From NCBI GenBank assembly GCA_036782555.1, contig DAIPYV010000001.1, positions 1 to 40,506 of the forward strand: a DNA stretch of 40,506 bases. The letters run 5' to 3'. This stretch comes from Saprospiraceae bacterium. GTDB taxonomy: Bacteria; Bacteroidota; Bacteroidia; Chitinophagales; Saprospiraceae. The notes beneath the pieces are model-generated. The model worked only from the letters and a program-made list of their open reading frames with translations, searched no databases and was not told where the DNA came from. The position numbers were made by a program, and so were the translations under genes. Shown in pieces: positions 8,334-18,178 of this stretch; position 1 is the first letter of the stretch, and the number at the start of each line of letters is the position of its first letter.

Positions 8334-8699
8334 TTATCGAAATATTAAAATTTGACCTGCTGGGGTAACTAACCTACCTCCTGCTTCAGTTAAAATATAG
8401 TATGTTTCTGTTGCAATTATTTGATTTTGGTTAAGTGCTGGAATTAAATCTGATATATTCACTGGAGTTGTAGATTCAGGAACCATAATTTGAAATTTAG
8501 TAGTTAAAATATACACATCATATTTACCAGCATATAGATTTATTGTAGCTTGCCCTAATTCGTTTGTAGATATAGACTGTAAACCTCCAATAGACAATAA
8601 ATAGCGACTTACTTTTAATGGCTGTATCGGTCTGAAAAGAATGTCGGTCTGTAACACCCTGCCAAACGAGTCGGTCAATGATATGTTTACAGTTGTCAT
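8334..8699 (-). CDS. Small tail-associated beta-sandwich-like protein
   Basis: 121 aa. GQATINLYAGKYDVYI resembles the carboxypeptidase-regulatory-domain pattern. Lies between the two fibre genes. Confidence 0.4.
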   Translation of the reverse strand: MTTVNISLTDSFGRVLQTDILFRPIQPLKVSRYLLSIGGLQSISTNELGQATINLYAGKYDVYILTTKFQIMVPESTTPVNISDLIPALNQNQIIATETYYILTEAGGRLVTPAGQILIFR

Positions 8700-8707
8700 A
8701 AGTCATT

Positions 8708-9703
8708 TTAGACTATAGTTTGAGAAGCTAATCTGGTTTGTATTGAGTTAGAAGCATTAGCCACTGACCAAGTTGCCCTTAAAATTAAATTCTGACCTAT
8801 ACTTAAGTCAGAGGTTTTTCCACCGGGGCCTGAAAAACTGGCACCCACTGGAGTTCCACTTGTTGGGGCGACTGCCACTGCATATCCTATGGTTGATAAG
8901 GCAAATGTACCCGGTGGTACTATATTATTTGCAGAAAAACTGGCATTGACATCTATAACTCCGTCTGTGGTTGAGGCAGGTAGATTTAAAGTGCATGTAC
9001 CCAGTGAATTAGTACCATGTAACATTTCTAAGGTAATATTATTTGTACCTGTTGTGGTGCTATATCTTAATAGCCAATTAAACTTATTAGTTCGGCCAGT
9101 TTGCCAGAATCCAGTTTGTAGAGTAGTTACAGATAAATCTACAGGACTTGTAGTATTAGAAGCAGAAATTTGTACTGTAGTTCTTGATTTTTCAAGGGTG
9201 TACCCAAATTTTAGTAAGGCTCCGTTGTTATTCATTAAAATACCTTTGGCTTGAGCACTGTTGTAAATATCACCATTAGCACTAGGTGAGGGAATTGCTA
9301 AAGATTCACCTAATGTGATTGCTGCTCTAGTATCAGCATGAGTGAATATTTGTTTAGCAGTCCAAGTATTAGATGTAGAAGTTGAAATTCCATCTCCATT
9401 TCCTACAGTTCCTCCAGTTCCTCCAACAACGTCAAAATGCGTAGCTAAAGTAAGTGTAGTATTAGCAGGTAAAGAACTTTGACCAAAATTATTAATAAAG
9501 GCAGATTTTAAAGTATACAAACTTATAGTACCGTCTAAGTTATCCTGACCATACAAAAACCCTGGTTTAATATCAATAGCTTGCATATCTATTATTCTGC
9601 GTCGTGTACCTGTAGCTGAGTTAGTACCTGAACGAATTAAAACAAGGCCCATCTTATTCTTAAAATTGTTGCCTGCTTTGTCTAAAAAATTTAAATACGA
9701 CAT
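8708..9703 (-). CDS. Tail fibre 2 (short fibre)
   Basis: 331 aa, preceded by late motif A. Has an NTWTAKQ motif, and its C-terminus aligns by eye with that of ORF 5092..8331 (ATWSVANASNSIQTRLASQTIV vs AQWTNASASDNIVTRAGLIQEIY). Confidence 0.6.
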   Translation of the reverse strand: MSYLNFLDKAGNNFKNKMGLVLIRSGTNSATGTRRRIIDMQAIDIKPGFLYGQDNLDGTISLYTLKSAFINNFGQSSLPANTTLTLATHFDVVGGTGGTVGNGDGISTSTSNTWTAKQIFTHADTRAAITLGESLAIPSPSANGDIYNSAQAKGILMNNNGALLKFGYTLEKSRTTVQISASNTTSPVDLSVTTLQTGFWQTGRTNKFNWLLRYSTTTGTNNITLEMLHGTNSLGTCTLNLPASTTDGVIDVNASFSANNIVPPGTFALSTIGYAVAVAPTSGTPVGASFSGPGGKTSDLSIGQNLILRATWSVANASNSIQTRLASQTIV

Positions 9704-9728
9704 AATTAGTTATTAATAACCTAATAAT

Positions 9729-9753
9729 GGGGTGATATAACTTGTCATGTCTA
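9729..9753 (-). promoter_or_regulatory. Late motif copy A: TAGACATGACAAGTTATATCACCCC (putative late promoter core)
   Basis: Read on the - strand. Ends 25 nt before ATG 9703. ATGACA-N16-TATTAG geometry. Confidence 0.6.
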
Positions 9754-10467
9754 TTAGATAGATAGACCAGTGTACAAAAAGTAGTTACTCATTAAGACTT
9801 GTTTATTTGTGTTATTTCCAAATAAAATAGCTTGTGGACTTGTGAGTAAAGTTATATCAAATGATAAATAAATAGACAAAAATAATCCACCCAAAATTGC
9901 CGATAATTCTTGAGGTAAGGTATTGATTTTAGTTTTATTAGAAATTACTGAGCTTAGAGACCTGTCAAACAAATTAAAACTATATTTAAAATATAAATTT
10001 GAAAACTTTTTAGTAGTGTTATTATAGACAACATCTCCAACTTTCAGACTATATAGAACGCCTGTGTCGGTGTTGTTAGTCATTGCAAAATCGTTAAACC
10101 ATTCTACTGTGTAATAAATTGGTATTGTATAATCAGACGTAACTGATGTTGTAGGCCCAGTAATATTAGAGACCAAAGATCCCCCACCTTGCAGTATAGC
10201 CGTATTGACTTGAGAATACCCTAACTCTTGAAAAGTCGGCAAGTATGTAATACTGCCTTTAGCTCTTTTATATAATCCTTGACTGTTCAGTGTACCTGTC
10301 AATAAATTAGTTGCACAAGGCACAAAGATATTTTGAGCTAAAAAACTATTTTGTGGCTGCTCTATTTTATCCTTTTGTTTTTCAACCAAAGTATCAATGA
10401 CAATTTGATTACCATCTCTTGTATCTGAAGTTGCTGAATCCGCAAAAGTACTGTTAAATTCCATCAT
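9754..10467 (-). CDS. Tail tip/baseplate protein, function unknown
   Basis: ORF track, 237 aa; position in the tail module; ATGA overlap with the upstream gene. Confidence 0.4.
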   Translation of the reverse strand: MMEFNSTFADSATSDTRDGNQIVIDTLVEKQKDKIEQPQNSFLAQNIFVPCATNLLTGTLNSQGLYKRAKGSITYLPTFQELGYSQVNTAILQGGGSLVSNITGPTTSVTSDYTIPIYYTVEWFNDFAMTNNTDTGVLYSLKVGDVVYNNTTKKFSNLYFKYSFNLFDRSLSSVISNKTKINTLPQELSAILGGLFLSIYLSFDITLLTSPQAILFGNNTNKQVLMSNYFLYTGLSI

Positions 10468-11624
10468 AAAAAATTATATAAATCTACTCCATTGTTAAAT
10501 CCAATAAATATTTTTTCTGTGTTAATATCAAAACCATCTATGGGTATCCTAAATATATTTTGGATATTTTCTTTAACTCTAATCTTAATTTTAGAACCTT
10601 CTAATAAAAATATATTAGGCATTAGATCTATGTCTAGGGAAGGGTAGAGTTCTCTGACATTAGTAATAACTACTTCGGGACGTTTAAACCAGTTGTCTTG
10701 TGATATTTGATAGGCACTAGCTACAGTTGGTAACTGATCAAAATCACCGACTTCTACTACAGTATTGTTATCTTTGTCTAAGCCAATTTCTCGCCATTTC
10801 CAACCTGTTGCTTCCACAATTTTGTTTAATAGGTCATAATTATCATATACTCCAGTTTGAACTTGAATTACTTTATCTTCTTGCTTAGAAATGAATTTAA
10901 ATTTAATTGGTGATAAACCGTTAAGCAAATTCAAAGCAAAACCTGAATAGACTTTATTAAGTGGAACAATTCTTTTTTCTCTTTTAATTTCTAAAATAGA
11001 AGAGTAAAAATGAATATCACTTGAACCTTCTAATCTGTTAATTTGTTGTTTTATACTGATTCTTTTAGCATTCTGTTTTAAAAAGTTCACACCCTGTCTA
11101 TATATTCTAGCCTGCAACGCATTAATGTCAGTAGCTTCCAACATTTCTACATTATCAGTAGTATCAGTTTGCGTTGAATAGACTTGAATTTCATAATACT
11201 TTTTAGTACCAGATTCATAATCAGCTGACTGAATATAATAATATGTTTTATCATTTATCATGACAAAGTCTTCTAAAGAAAGAGGATAATCTAATATTAA
11301 ATATCCATTATTAAAGTTATCTAAACCTACTGTAGTATTTTCATTTGTTCCTTGCCCTGTGTCTGCTAAAACTAATAAATGGGTTATTTTATTAACCGAT
11401 TTAGAAAAGCCAATCTCATAATTATTAATTTTAACTCTTATTTTAGCTTCTGGAATAGATCTTAGATAATTATAGCTATGATTAAGATTATGATTAATTG
11501 TAATATCTAATTCTCTATATTGACTTAAATTTGTCATAATACGACCCAACTCAAAACCATAAGACCCGAAATATATTGGTACAATATTATTGTAGTTTAT
11601 ATCAGTAGTATGTATTTGTAGCAT
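10464..11624 (-). CDS. Tail-associated/baseplate protein, function unknown
   Basis: ORF track, 386 aa; synteny only. Confidence 0.4.
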   Translation of the reverse strand: MLQIHTTDINYNNIVPIYFGSYGFELGRIMTNLSQYRELDITINHNLNHSYNYLRSIPEAKIRVKINNYEIGFSKSVNKITHLLVLADTGQGTNENTTVGLDNFNNGYLILDYPLSLEDFVMINDKTYYYIQSADYESGTKKYYEIQVYSTQTDTTDNVEMLEATDINALQARIYRQGVNFLKQNAKRISIKQQINRLEGSSDIHFYSSILEIKREKRIVPLNKVYSGFALNLLNGLSPIKFKFISKQEDKVIQVQTGVYDNYDLLNKIVEATGWKWREIGLDKDNNTVVEVGDFDQLPTVASAYQISQDNWFKRPEVVITNVRELYPSLDIDLMPNIFLLEGSKIKIRVKENIQNIFRIPIDGFDINTEKIFIGFNNGVDLYNFL

Positions 11625-11626
11625 AT

Positions 11627-12307
11627 TTAAACCGTAAATCCGTTGCTAATGTCGTATATAATATAATTAGATTTATCAAAGTTGTTGCCTGACGCATTGG
11701 CACCTAAAATTGATATAGGTTCGCCTGCAAAACTGGCATTATTAATACTAGCTAAAATAACTTTAAGTCTATAATACCAAACACCAGCTGTAGGCACTAA
11801 ATCAATAATCCTAAATTTCAAATATCTAAATTGACTATTTGGACCTGAAGTTACAAAATAAAATTTCTCTTGATTACCCGCTATTAAAGTGCTAGCTGTA
11901 AAAACACTAGTACTAGATCTTTCCATTACCGCACCTATAAGATAATCCCCAGCTGGTCCTGTAGCCTCAAAAGCTTGTTGTAAGTATAAGTCTACATTTG
12001 CATTAGGAAATTCTGTGACAACTTGGATTTGTTGAGCTGTCTTAAAACTATTCCCTAAAGTAAAGCCATTATTTGTCATCTGTATAATATTTTTTTGGGG
12101 TCGAATATGCCTAGATCTTATAGCTGCATTGGCTATTTGATCTTCCGTCCAACCAGCACCGCCAATAGTACGCTCATAAAAAGCTCTTTGGGTCTGCAAA
12201 TAATTATCAAGTGAGTTCCAATTAGGATTGTTGATTGGGTTAGCTACGTTGACGTTTGAACCGTCTGAGCCTAAAGTAACGTTAGGTGTATTTGGTGATA
12301 TAGACAT
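11627..12307 (-). CDS. Tail-associated protein, function unknown
   Basis: ORF track, 226 aa; synteny only. Confidence 0.4.
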   Translation of the reverse strand: MSISPNTPNVTLGSDGSNVNVANPINNPNWNSLDNYLQTQRAFYERTIGGAGWTEDQIANAAIRSRHIRPQKNIIQMTNNGFTLGNSFKTAQQIQVVTEFPNANVDLYLQQAFEATGPAGDYLIGAVMERSSTSVFTASTLIAGNQEKFYFVTSGPNSQFRYLKFRIIDLVPTAGVWYYRLKVILASINNASFAGEPISILGANASGNNFDKSNYIIYDISNGFTV

Positions 12308-12308
12308 A

Positions 12309-13589
12309 TTAACTATTCCATGTTTTAAGATTTTTGATTATCATTTTATTTGTTCTTGTAGGTGAAGAAGCTACATTGTGTCTGGCTTGTAAAATATCTC
12401 CTTGCTCATATTGGACATACTCTGAAATTGGATATAAGCCCCTAAATTCAAGTAAAAATGTTGATTTACTTTGAGGCATATATTCGAGTGTATATTTACC
12501 AGCATAATCATTATAAGGATCTAGAAAATTTCCCTTTCCGTCAAACACTCCATCTTGGACTTGAGTTCTAATCACTATTTCTCCAGGACACTGTTCTCTA
12601 GGAGCTAACCATGTAAATTTAAAACCTGTTCGTGTAGATGTATTATACAAACTTATAGACTCGTTTTGATCAAAAGCATTAGCATTTATACCTGAAGTGC
12701 TATAGTTTAAAAAATAAACAATTGACACACTATTAGTTGCATTACTCATCAGATTGAGTCCGATACCTTGTGTTATGTCTGCAATACCACTAGGCAAAAC
12801 ATTGGTGTCAATTAATAAAGGTTCGTTACGAGCCATGTTATCAATAAAATCAACCTCTAAATATCTTTGCCTCGGTTGGTTGCCATATAATGGCTTACCT
12901 TCAAAAGAATAAAAAAATACATCATAATAATAAAATAAACCAGCTTCATTACATTCTATTTTGTCCATGTAAATTTTCTTTTCTTTTCGAGCCAACGAAT
13001 TGAATTTGACTGTAGTCTCATTTATATCATCACCATACTGGCCACCTCCACCATAAGTAGTGAAAAAGCTACCATACAAAAACTTTTTATATAAATGTTT
13101 TTTATCAGGGGTCAAATAAACTAAATAATCGTTGTCTGCCTCATACATATAAGGTGTCATCAAACGAATCTTAAAAGACAATGTTATAAACTCAGTGCCA
13201 TTATCTCTAGCCTCTATATTACTTTGTGTGATAGGCTCAATGACATGAGCATAATTATATTTTATTCTATAATCTACCTCATTTGAACTCATTTTACCTG
13301 TATATACTTTTTTATTATATTTCTCAGCAAAAAAGACTATTTGAGGTCCTTCATACATTAACCTTTGGATAGAATGAATATCATCTACATCGGAGTTATA
13401 CAAAAAGCTTATTTCATACTCTAAATCATCTTTTTTATCAGCACTTAAACCATTTTGTTTTACTGAACCGTTAGAGTAGGGGGTAGATACAATTTGAGTC
13501 TTAGCACCTGATTTAATAAGTTTCACTGCATTTAAGCCATGAAAATTATAAAAACCGAATTGAATTATTTGAGGTATGTTTAAATCCAT
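12309..13589 (-). CDS. Distal tail protein (Dit) candidate
   Basis: 426 aa, immediately downstream of the tape measure gene, which is the usual Dit position in siphoviruses. Confidence 0.4.
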   Translation of the reverse strand: MDLNIPQIIQFGFYNFHGLNAVKLIKSGAKTQIVSTPYSNGSVKQNGLSADKKDDLEYEISFLYNSDVDDIHSIQRLMYEGPQIVFFAEKYNKKVYTGKMSSNEVDYRIKYNYAHVIEPITQSNIEARDNGTEFITLSFKIRLMTPYMYEADNDYLVYLTPDKKHLYKKFLYGSFFTTYGGGGQYGDDINETTVKFNSLARKEKKIYMDKIECNEAGLFYYYDVFFYSFEGKPLYGNQPRQRYLEVDFIDNMARNEPLLIDTNVLPSGIADITQGIGLNLMSNATNSVSIVYFLNYSTSGINANAFDQNESISLYNTSTRTGFKFTWLAPREQCPGEIVIRTQVQDGVFDGKGNFLDPYNDYAGKYTLEYMPQSKSTFLLEFRGLYPISEYVQYEQGDILQARHNVASSPTRTNKMIIKNLKTWNS

Positions 13590-13591
13590 AA

Positions 13592-15970
13592 TTAGATTGC
13601 TGATTGTCTGGTTTTAAATAGATTAGCATTAGTACCAAAGTTATTATAAGTGTTATTTTGAATATTAGTCACTGATTCTCTGGACTCACCAATACCCCCT
13701 GAATTATTACGATTTAGACCGCTAACATTTTGACCTTGTAATAGCTTACGTGTATCAGAATTATTAAATACATTAGTACCCTTAGGCAAGTTAATAATTT
13801 CTGGACCCTGTTCACCTACTACAGCATAACCTCCACCAAAGTTTCTAACACCAGTAGCAAAACCAGGTATTGTTGGTAATAATTTAGGCTTAGTGATACC
13901 AGGTATTTCAGGTATGGATTTTACTATATCGTTAATATTATTAATTAATCTGTTGGCTTGATTAATAGCTACATTACCAGCTGTTCTAATACCACTACTC
14001 ACAATGCCAGCCAGCCCATTAAATACATCACTAAATATTCTACTGATAGAGTTTGCAACATCAACAAAAGTATTTCTAAAATCATTAAGTGGTCCTTGAA
14101 CTCTAGTATTTAAATCATTAAAACCGTTAACTATTGGCTGTAAGTTTCTGACATAAAAACCTCCTGCAATACCTAAAACAAAATCAGCGAAACTTTGTAC
14201 ATCATTAATTAATTGAGTCACTTTTGACCCTACAAAATTGGCTACAGTCTTAAAAGCTTCCACAAGTACTTTACCAACATAAAACGTAGCAACCTGACCT
14301 AAATAGATTAATATATCAATATAAGGCTGAAATGGAGCTATGATTGAGGCTGCCCAGTTAGTAATAAAATTAAGTATGCCTGTAAACACATTGCTTATAG
14401 TCTGTCCAAGTATGTTTGCCTGCTCAGTCAAAAATCCCCAATTTTGGTATAGTAAGATACCTGCGGCAATTACTACTCCAATTGCTAAACCAATTAAAAA
14501 TAATGGTGATGTAACAAATGCTAAGACCGCAGCATAGCCAGTAGTCACAGCAGTAGCTATAGCCATGACAGTATTATAAATCTTTACACCTGTAGCTACA
14601 ATCCCAAAGCCAATCCCTAAACCTAACAACACACTAGCCAAAGTATTAATCCAAAAACTATTATCATTATACCAATCTGAAATTTGATTTATTAAACTAG
14701 GAAGTTGTTCAATCTGTTCAATTACATAAACTAAACCATTGCCAATAGATGTGAAAACTGACGGGTCAATTGCTCCTAATAAGTCATTAAAAGAAGTACC
14801 TAATTGACTTAACTTAGGTAATAATGGACTTATAGTCTGGATTGATAAAGTTTCAAATGTGCCTCTTAAAGTTTCTAATACACCAGCTAAGTTATTCAGC
14901 CTTTCATTCGCCACATCTTGAGCAGATATAGCATTTATAGAGACTTTAAGAGCGTCAAAGTCTTTGGCTCCACCTTTGGCTAATATTGCAGCGGCTCTTA
15001 TAGCGTCACTACCAAAAATAGTTTCTAAAGCCAGAGATTTTTGAGACTCAGATAAACCTTTAGTAGCATTAGTTAAAATTTCTGAGATTTGGGATAAATC
15101 TTTAAATGAACCGTCTGCATTCAAAAAAGCATTACCAACCCCATTAACAGATAAACCTAATTCATCAAAAGCTGCCTCTGCTGTGTTTGTTGTTGGAATT
15201 AAATTATTTAAAAATGTTTTTAGTGATGTTCCAGCGTCAGATCCCTTCAAACCGTTGTTAGTAAATAAAGCAAGAGCAGTAGCAGTATCTTCAAAACTTT
15301 GTCCAGCTAAAACAGCTACATTACCAACGGCAGCGAGACCAAACTTAAGATCGCTCATATTAGCTGCACTAGAATTGGCAGCACCTGCCAAAATATCCGC
15401 AGCTCTGGATACTGACAAACCATCTTTACTAAAAGTATTTAACGCTGTAGAAGCTAAAGTTGCAGCGTCTGCAACAGCGATACCACCCGCGGAGGCTAAA
15501 TCTAAAGCTCCTGCAATACCACCATTTAGTACCTGATCAAGACTTAAACCTGCTTTTAAAAGTTCTTCAAAACCTTGTGCAGCTTCTAAAGCTGAGAATG
15601 CTGTATCTTTTCCTAAAGTGATTGACACAGCTTTAATCCTTTCTATTTCTGTTGCTGTAGCACCTGTTAAAGCTTTAATTGAGCTAATTTGTTGTTCAAA
15701 ATTAATTGCTATGCCAAAACCATTAGATAACAAAGCAGAAGAGGTCTGCACTCCTTTAGTCACTGCATTTGCAAGTAATGTACCAAAAGCAAAATCAAAT
15801 ACTCTGCCAATACGAGTACCAAAACCATCAAAACCTTTACCCAGATTTTCTGCTGATTTAGACCCTGCATTAGCTCCTAGTTTTTCAAATCTATTGAAAA
15901 AATCATTACTAGTTCTCTGAGCCTGATCAAACAGGATTTGGTATTGTGATTGAATTGCGGAATCTGCCAT
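13592..15970 (-). CDS. Tail tape measure protein
   Basis: 792 aa. The TP901-type core (ISSIKALTGATATEIERIK..LGKDTAFSALEAAQGFEELLKAGLSL) is followed by a long hydrophobic/Gly-Ala-rich region. Canonical position after the G/GT genes. Confidence 0.9.
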   Translation of the reverse strand: MADSAIQSQYQILFDQAQRTSNDFFNRFEKLGANAGSKSAENLGKGFDGFGTRIGRVFDFAFGTLLANAVTKGVQTSSALLSNGFGIAINFEQQISSIKALTGATATEIERIKAVSITLGKDTAFSALEAAQGFEELLKAGLSLDQVLNGGIAGALDLASAGGIAVADAATLASTALNTFSKDGLSVSRAADILAGAANSSAANMSDLKFGLAAVGNVAVLAGQSFEDTATALALFTNNGLKGSDAGTSLKTFLNNLIPTTNTAEAAFDELGLSVNGVGNAFLNADGSFKDLSQISEILTNATKGLSESQKSLALETIFGSDAIRAAAILAKGGAKDFDALKVSINAISAQDVANERLNNLAGVLETLRGTFETLSIQTISPLLPKLSQLGTSFNDLLGAIDPSVFTSIGNGLVYVIEQIEQLPSLINQISDWYNDNSFWINTLASVLLGLGIGFGIVATGVKIYNTVMAIATAVTTGYAAVLAFVTSPLFLIGLAIGVVIAAGILLYQNWGFLTEQANILGQTISNVFTGILNFITNWAASIIAPFQPYIDILIYLGQVATFYVGKVLVEAFKTVANFVGSKVTQLINDVQSFADFVLGIAGGFYVRNLQPIVNGFNDLNTRVQGPLNDFRNTFVDVANSISRIFSDVFNGLAGIVSSGIRTAGNVAINQANRLINNINDIVKSIPEIPGITKPKLLPTIPGFATGVRNFGGGYAVVGEQGPEIINLPKGTNVFNNSDTRKLLQGQNVSGLNRNNSGGIGESRESVTNIQNNTYNNFGTNANLFKTRQSAI

Positions 15971-15973
15971 GGG

Positions 15974-16231
15974 CTAGGTTTTTTTTCTAAACGGATAATG
16001 TATTTTAATAATTTTACCAGTTTTATCTTGAGGAGGGTTTAACCTATGATAATTCTCTTCTTGTCTATTAATCATGTGGACGTATGCTTGAGTCATTTCC
16101 AGCATTGTAAAGTTTTCTATTACTGGTCCAAAATTATTAAGTACAAGATCAAAATAAATACCTACCATGCCTTCAACTAACTCACCTGATTTAGTGCTTT
16201 TTGACTGGTCAAAGACAATAGTTGAAAAAAA
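15974..16231 (-). CDS. Tail assembly chaperone, -1 frameshift extension (GT-type product, joined to 16812..16225)
   Basis: The -1 frame is open from the T7 slippery run (16225-16231) through ATG 16168 to stop 15974 (..FFSTIVFDQSKSTKSGELVEGMVGIY..). Confidence 0.6.
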   Translation of the reverse strand, partial: FFSTIVFDQSKSTKSGELVEGMVGIYFDLVLNNFGPVIENFTMLEMTQAYVHMINRQEENYHRLNPPQDKTGKIIKIHYPFRKKT

Positions 16232-16812
16232 TCTGTTTGCAACTCATTTTCTTCATTAATAATTATTGAATCAATAATTAAGGTTTTTTGTTTAGGTGTT
16301 GAGTTTTCTAGAACCTCATCAATATTTTTAAAGCCTTTCTCTTTTAAGAAATATTTTAAAATTTTGTCTCTTTGCTCTAGCAACTCTTCATAAGACTTAG
16401 TAGCTATTTCGTTCCATTTTTCTTGTCTTTTTTGATCTAAAGCTTGCTGTTCTTCATTAGAGTAGTAAGCTTGTGATTTCTCATTAATTTCGTGGAATAA
16501 TGTCTCCATTTTAGCGACTTTCTCATCTAATTGAATTTGATATTTAACAGCTAAGTTTTTGTCTTTAGATAACTTAATTTTATTATCTAGCTTTTCACTC
16601 TCATCTCTAAGTATTTGCATTTCTTGGTTTAAGACGACTACCTCTTTAACTGATGAAGTATTAAGAGGGTGCAATTTATCCCTAGCCTGTTTAGCTTCTA
16701 AATAAAAACTAAGCATTTGGTGAACAGTTGCACCCATTTTACCTGTCAAAGTTGTATCATCAATTTGAATCTGGAATTTTTCAGATCCTAGTATATTATG
16801 GTCTGTTGTCAT
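16177..16812 (-). CDS. Tail assembly chaperone (G-type)
   Basis: 211 aa, coiled-coil rich, between the major tail and tape measure genes. Carries GAT TTT TTT CAA near its 3' end. Confidence 0.65.
   Translation of the reverse strand: MTTDHNILGSEKFQIQIDDTTLTGKMGATVHQMLSFYLEAKQARDKLHPLNTSSVKEVVVLNQEMQILRDESEKLDNKIKLSKDKNLAVKYQIQLDEKVAKMETLFHEINEKSQAYYSNEEQQALDQKRQEKWNEIATKSYEELLEQRDKILKYFLKEKGFKNIDEVLENSTPKQKTLIIDSIIINEENELQTDFFQLLSLTSQKALNQVS
16225..16231 (-). other. Programmed -1 ribosomal frameshift slippery heptamer U UUU UUU
   Basis: A7 on the + strand. The zero-frame codons are GAT|TTT|TTT|CAA, checked against both ORF frames. Confidence 0.6.
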
Positions 16813-16831
16813 ATATATAGAATTTTAAAGT

Positions 16832-18133
16832 TTATTCGATTATTGTATTGTAGTTTCCATCTAAGTCAGGTAATTCGATTATATCTACTGAATATTCAGT
16901 GTCATTATCTGTTACAAAGTCAGATGTAAATGTATCAATCTGACCGTTAAAAGCAATTGTTCTAGTTGAGCCATCTTCAAGCTTTTCTGGAATCTCACAA
17001 TAAACATAGTAACCAGAAGATAAAGACTTTTTAGAGGCGACTAAACGAGTGTCAGAGGAACCAGCATATACAGTGATTCTTTTACCTCCATATTTAGACC
17101 CTGAGACTGTTATATTTCCACTGGTAGAATCGTAAGCAGCTTGGTTGTAGTCTAAAATATTAGTAGATAGAACCAAGGCTAAAACCTCACTACCAACTTC
17201 GATTTTGGTGATCGTTCTATTAGCACCAATATTGAAAGTGACATTGCCATTACCAGTAGGTAAAATACCTGACCCAGCTAATTTAGAAATAGTAGTAGGA
17301 GCAAATTTGGCTGTAGCACCTGTAAATATAAGTAAAGACTGTAAATCTAACTCTTTTACTTTGAGTGTATATTTAGAAGTTTCTTTAGTGATAACAGTAC
17401 CAGTTACTAAACCTGCACAAGTTCTATCGTTCTTATCTTGAGTATTGTCTTTAGATATTTCTTCTAAACAACATATTGAACCTGAGTAAATAGAGCCAGG
17501 GAAATTAGACTGTAGAGATGACACATAAGAAGCGAATATAGTTATACTACCTGTAGCTGTAGCACCTAAAGTTTCCTTAGTAGAAGGACTTGTCAAAGCT
17601 GCTCCTGTAGTAGTACCTCCCAAAGCTCTAGGTGTAGAAGCTTGCAAACCAATTACATTAGGCTTCCACATGAAAACTTGAGGAGTATTAGCTACAGTAA
17701 TTGCACCTGTAAATGTGCTTACATTAGTACCATCAGTGATTGCATAAGTAAAAGTCTTACCAATTGTTGGAGAAGAAGCTACTATATATTTCCAATCGTT
17801 GATAGCATAATTATTGTTAAAAGATTGAGCTTCTTGAAACTCACCTGGCCAAGTTCTACCTTGACTTGAACCAAAAACCTGACCAGAATTATTCACATTA
17901 GCATAATATTCAAAATTATTACCAACTGGTAAAGCGATTTTAGGTAGGGTAGTTCCTGTATATGGAGTTGAGTTAGCACCTGTGTGATCTGCTAGAATAT
18001 ACTGACTAGGGTCATTCCAATTTAAACTTAAAATACCGTTATCTCTGTATTGAAAAGCATTTATTGTTATATTTTGAAACCTCTTAATGTCTGATGTGGG
18101 TAAACAGGTTGAAGGGCGATTATATAATGGCAT
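16832..18133 (-). CDS. Major tail (tube) protein, probably with a C-terminal decoration domain
   Basis: 433 aa, directly upstream of the G/GT chaperones and preceded by late motif B. Synteny-based call. Confidence 0.55.
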   Translation of the reverse strand: MPLYNRPSTCLPTSDIKRFQNITINAFQYRDNGILSLNWNDPSQYILADHTGANSTPYTGTTLPKIALPVGNNFEYYANVNNSGQVFGSSQGRTWPGEFQEAQSFNNNYAINDWKYIVASSPTIGKTFTYAITDGTNVSTFTGAITVANTPQVFMWKPNVIGLQASTPRALGGTTTGAALTSPSTKETLGATATGSITIFASYVSSLQSNFPGSIYSGSICCLEEISKDNTQDKNDRTCAGLVTGTVITKETSKYTLKVKELDLQSLLIFTGATAKFAPTTISKLAGSGILPTGNGNVTFNIGANRTITKIEVGSEVLALVLSTNILDYNQAAYDSTSGNITVSGSKYGGKRITVYAGSSDTRLVASKKSLSSGYYVYCEIPEKLEDGSTRTIAFNGQIDTFTSDFVTDNDTEYSVDIIELPDLDGNYNTIIE

Positions 18134-18153
18134 ACGTATTTTTACTTTATAAT

Positions 18154-18178
18154 GGGGTGATATTACTTGTCATGTCTA
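18154..18178 (-). promoter_or_regulatory. Late motif copy B: TAGACATGACAAGTAATATCACCCC
   Basis: Its TAG is the stop codon of ORF 18176..18835. ATGACA-N16-TATAAA. Ends 20 nt before ATG 18133. Confidence 0.65.

Noticed and set aside
18154-18166. TATCACC inside the late motif resembles the lambda operator half-site TATCACCGC
   Set aside because: The match is only 7 nt, there is no dyad partner, and no CI/Cro-like gene is recognisable. Probably coincidence.
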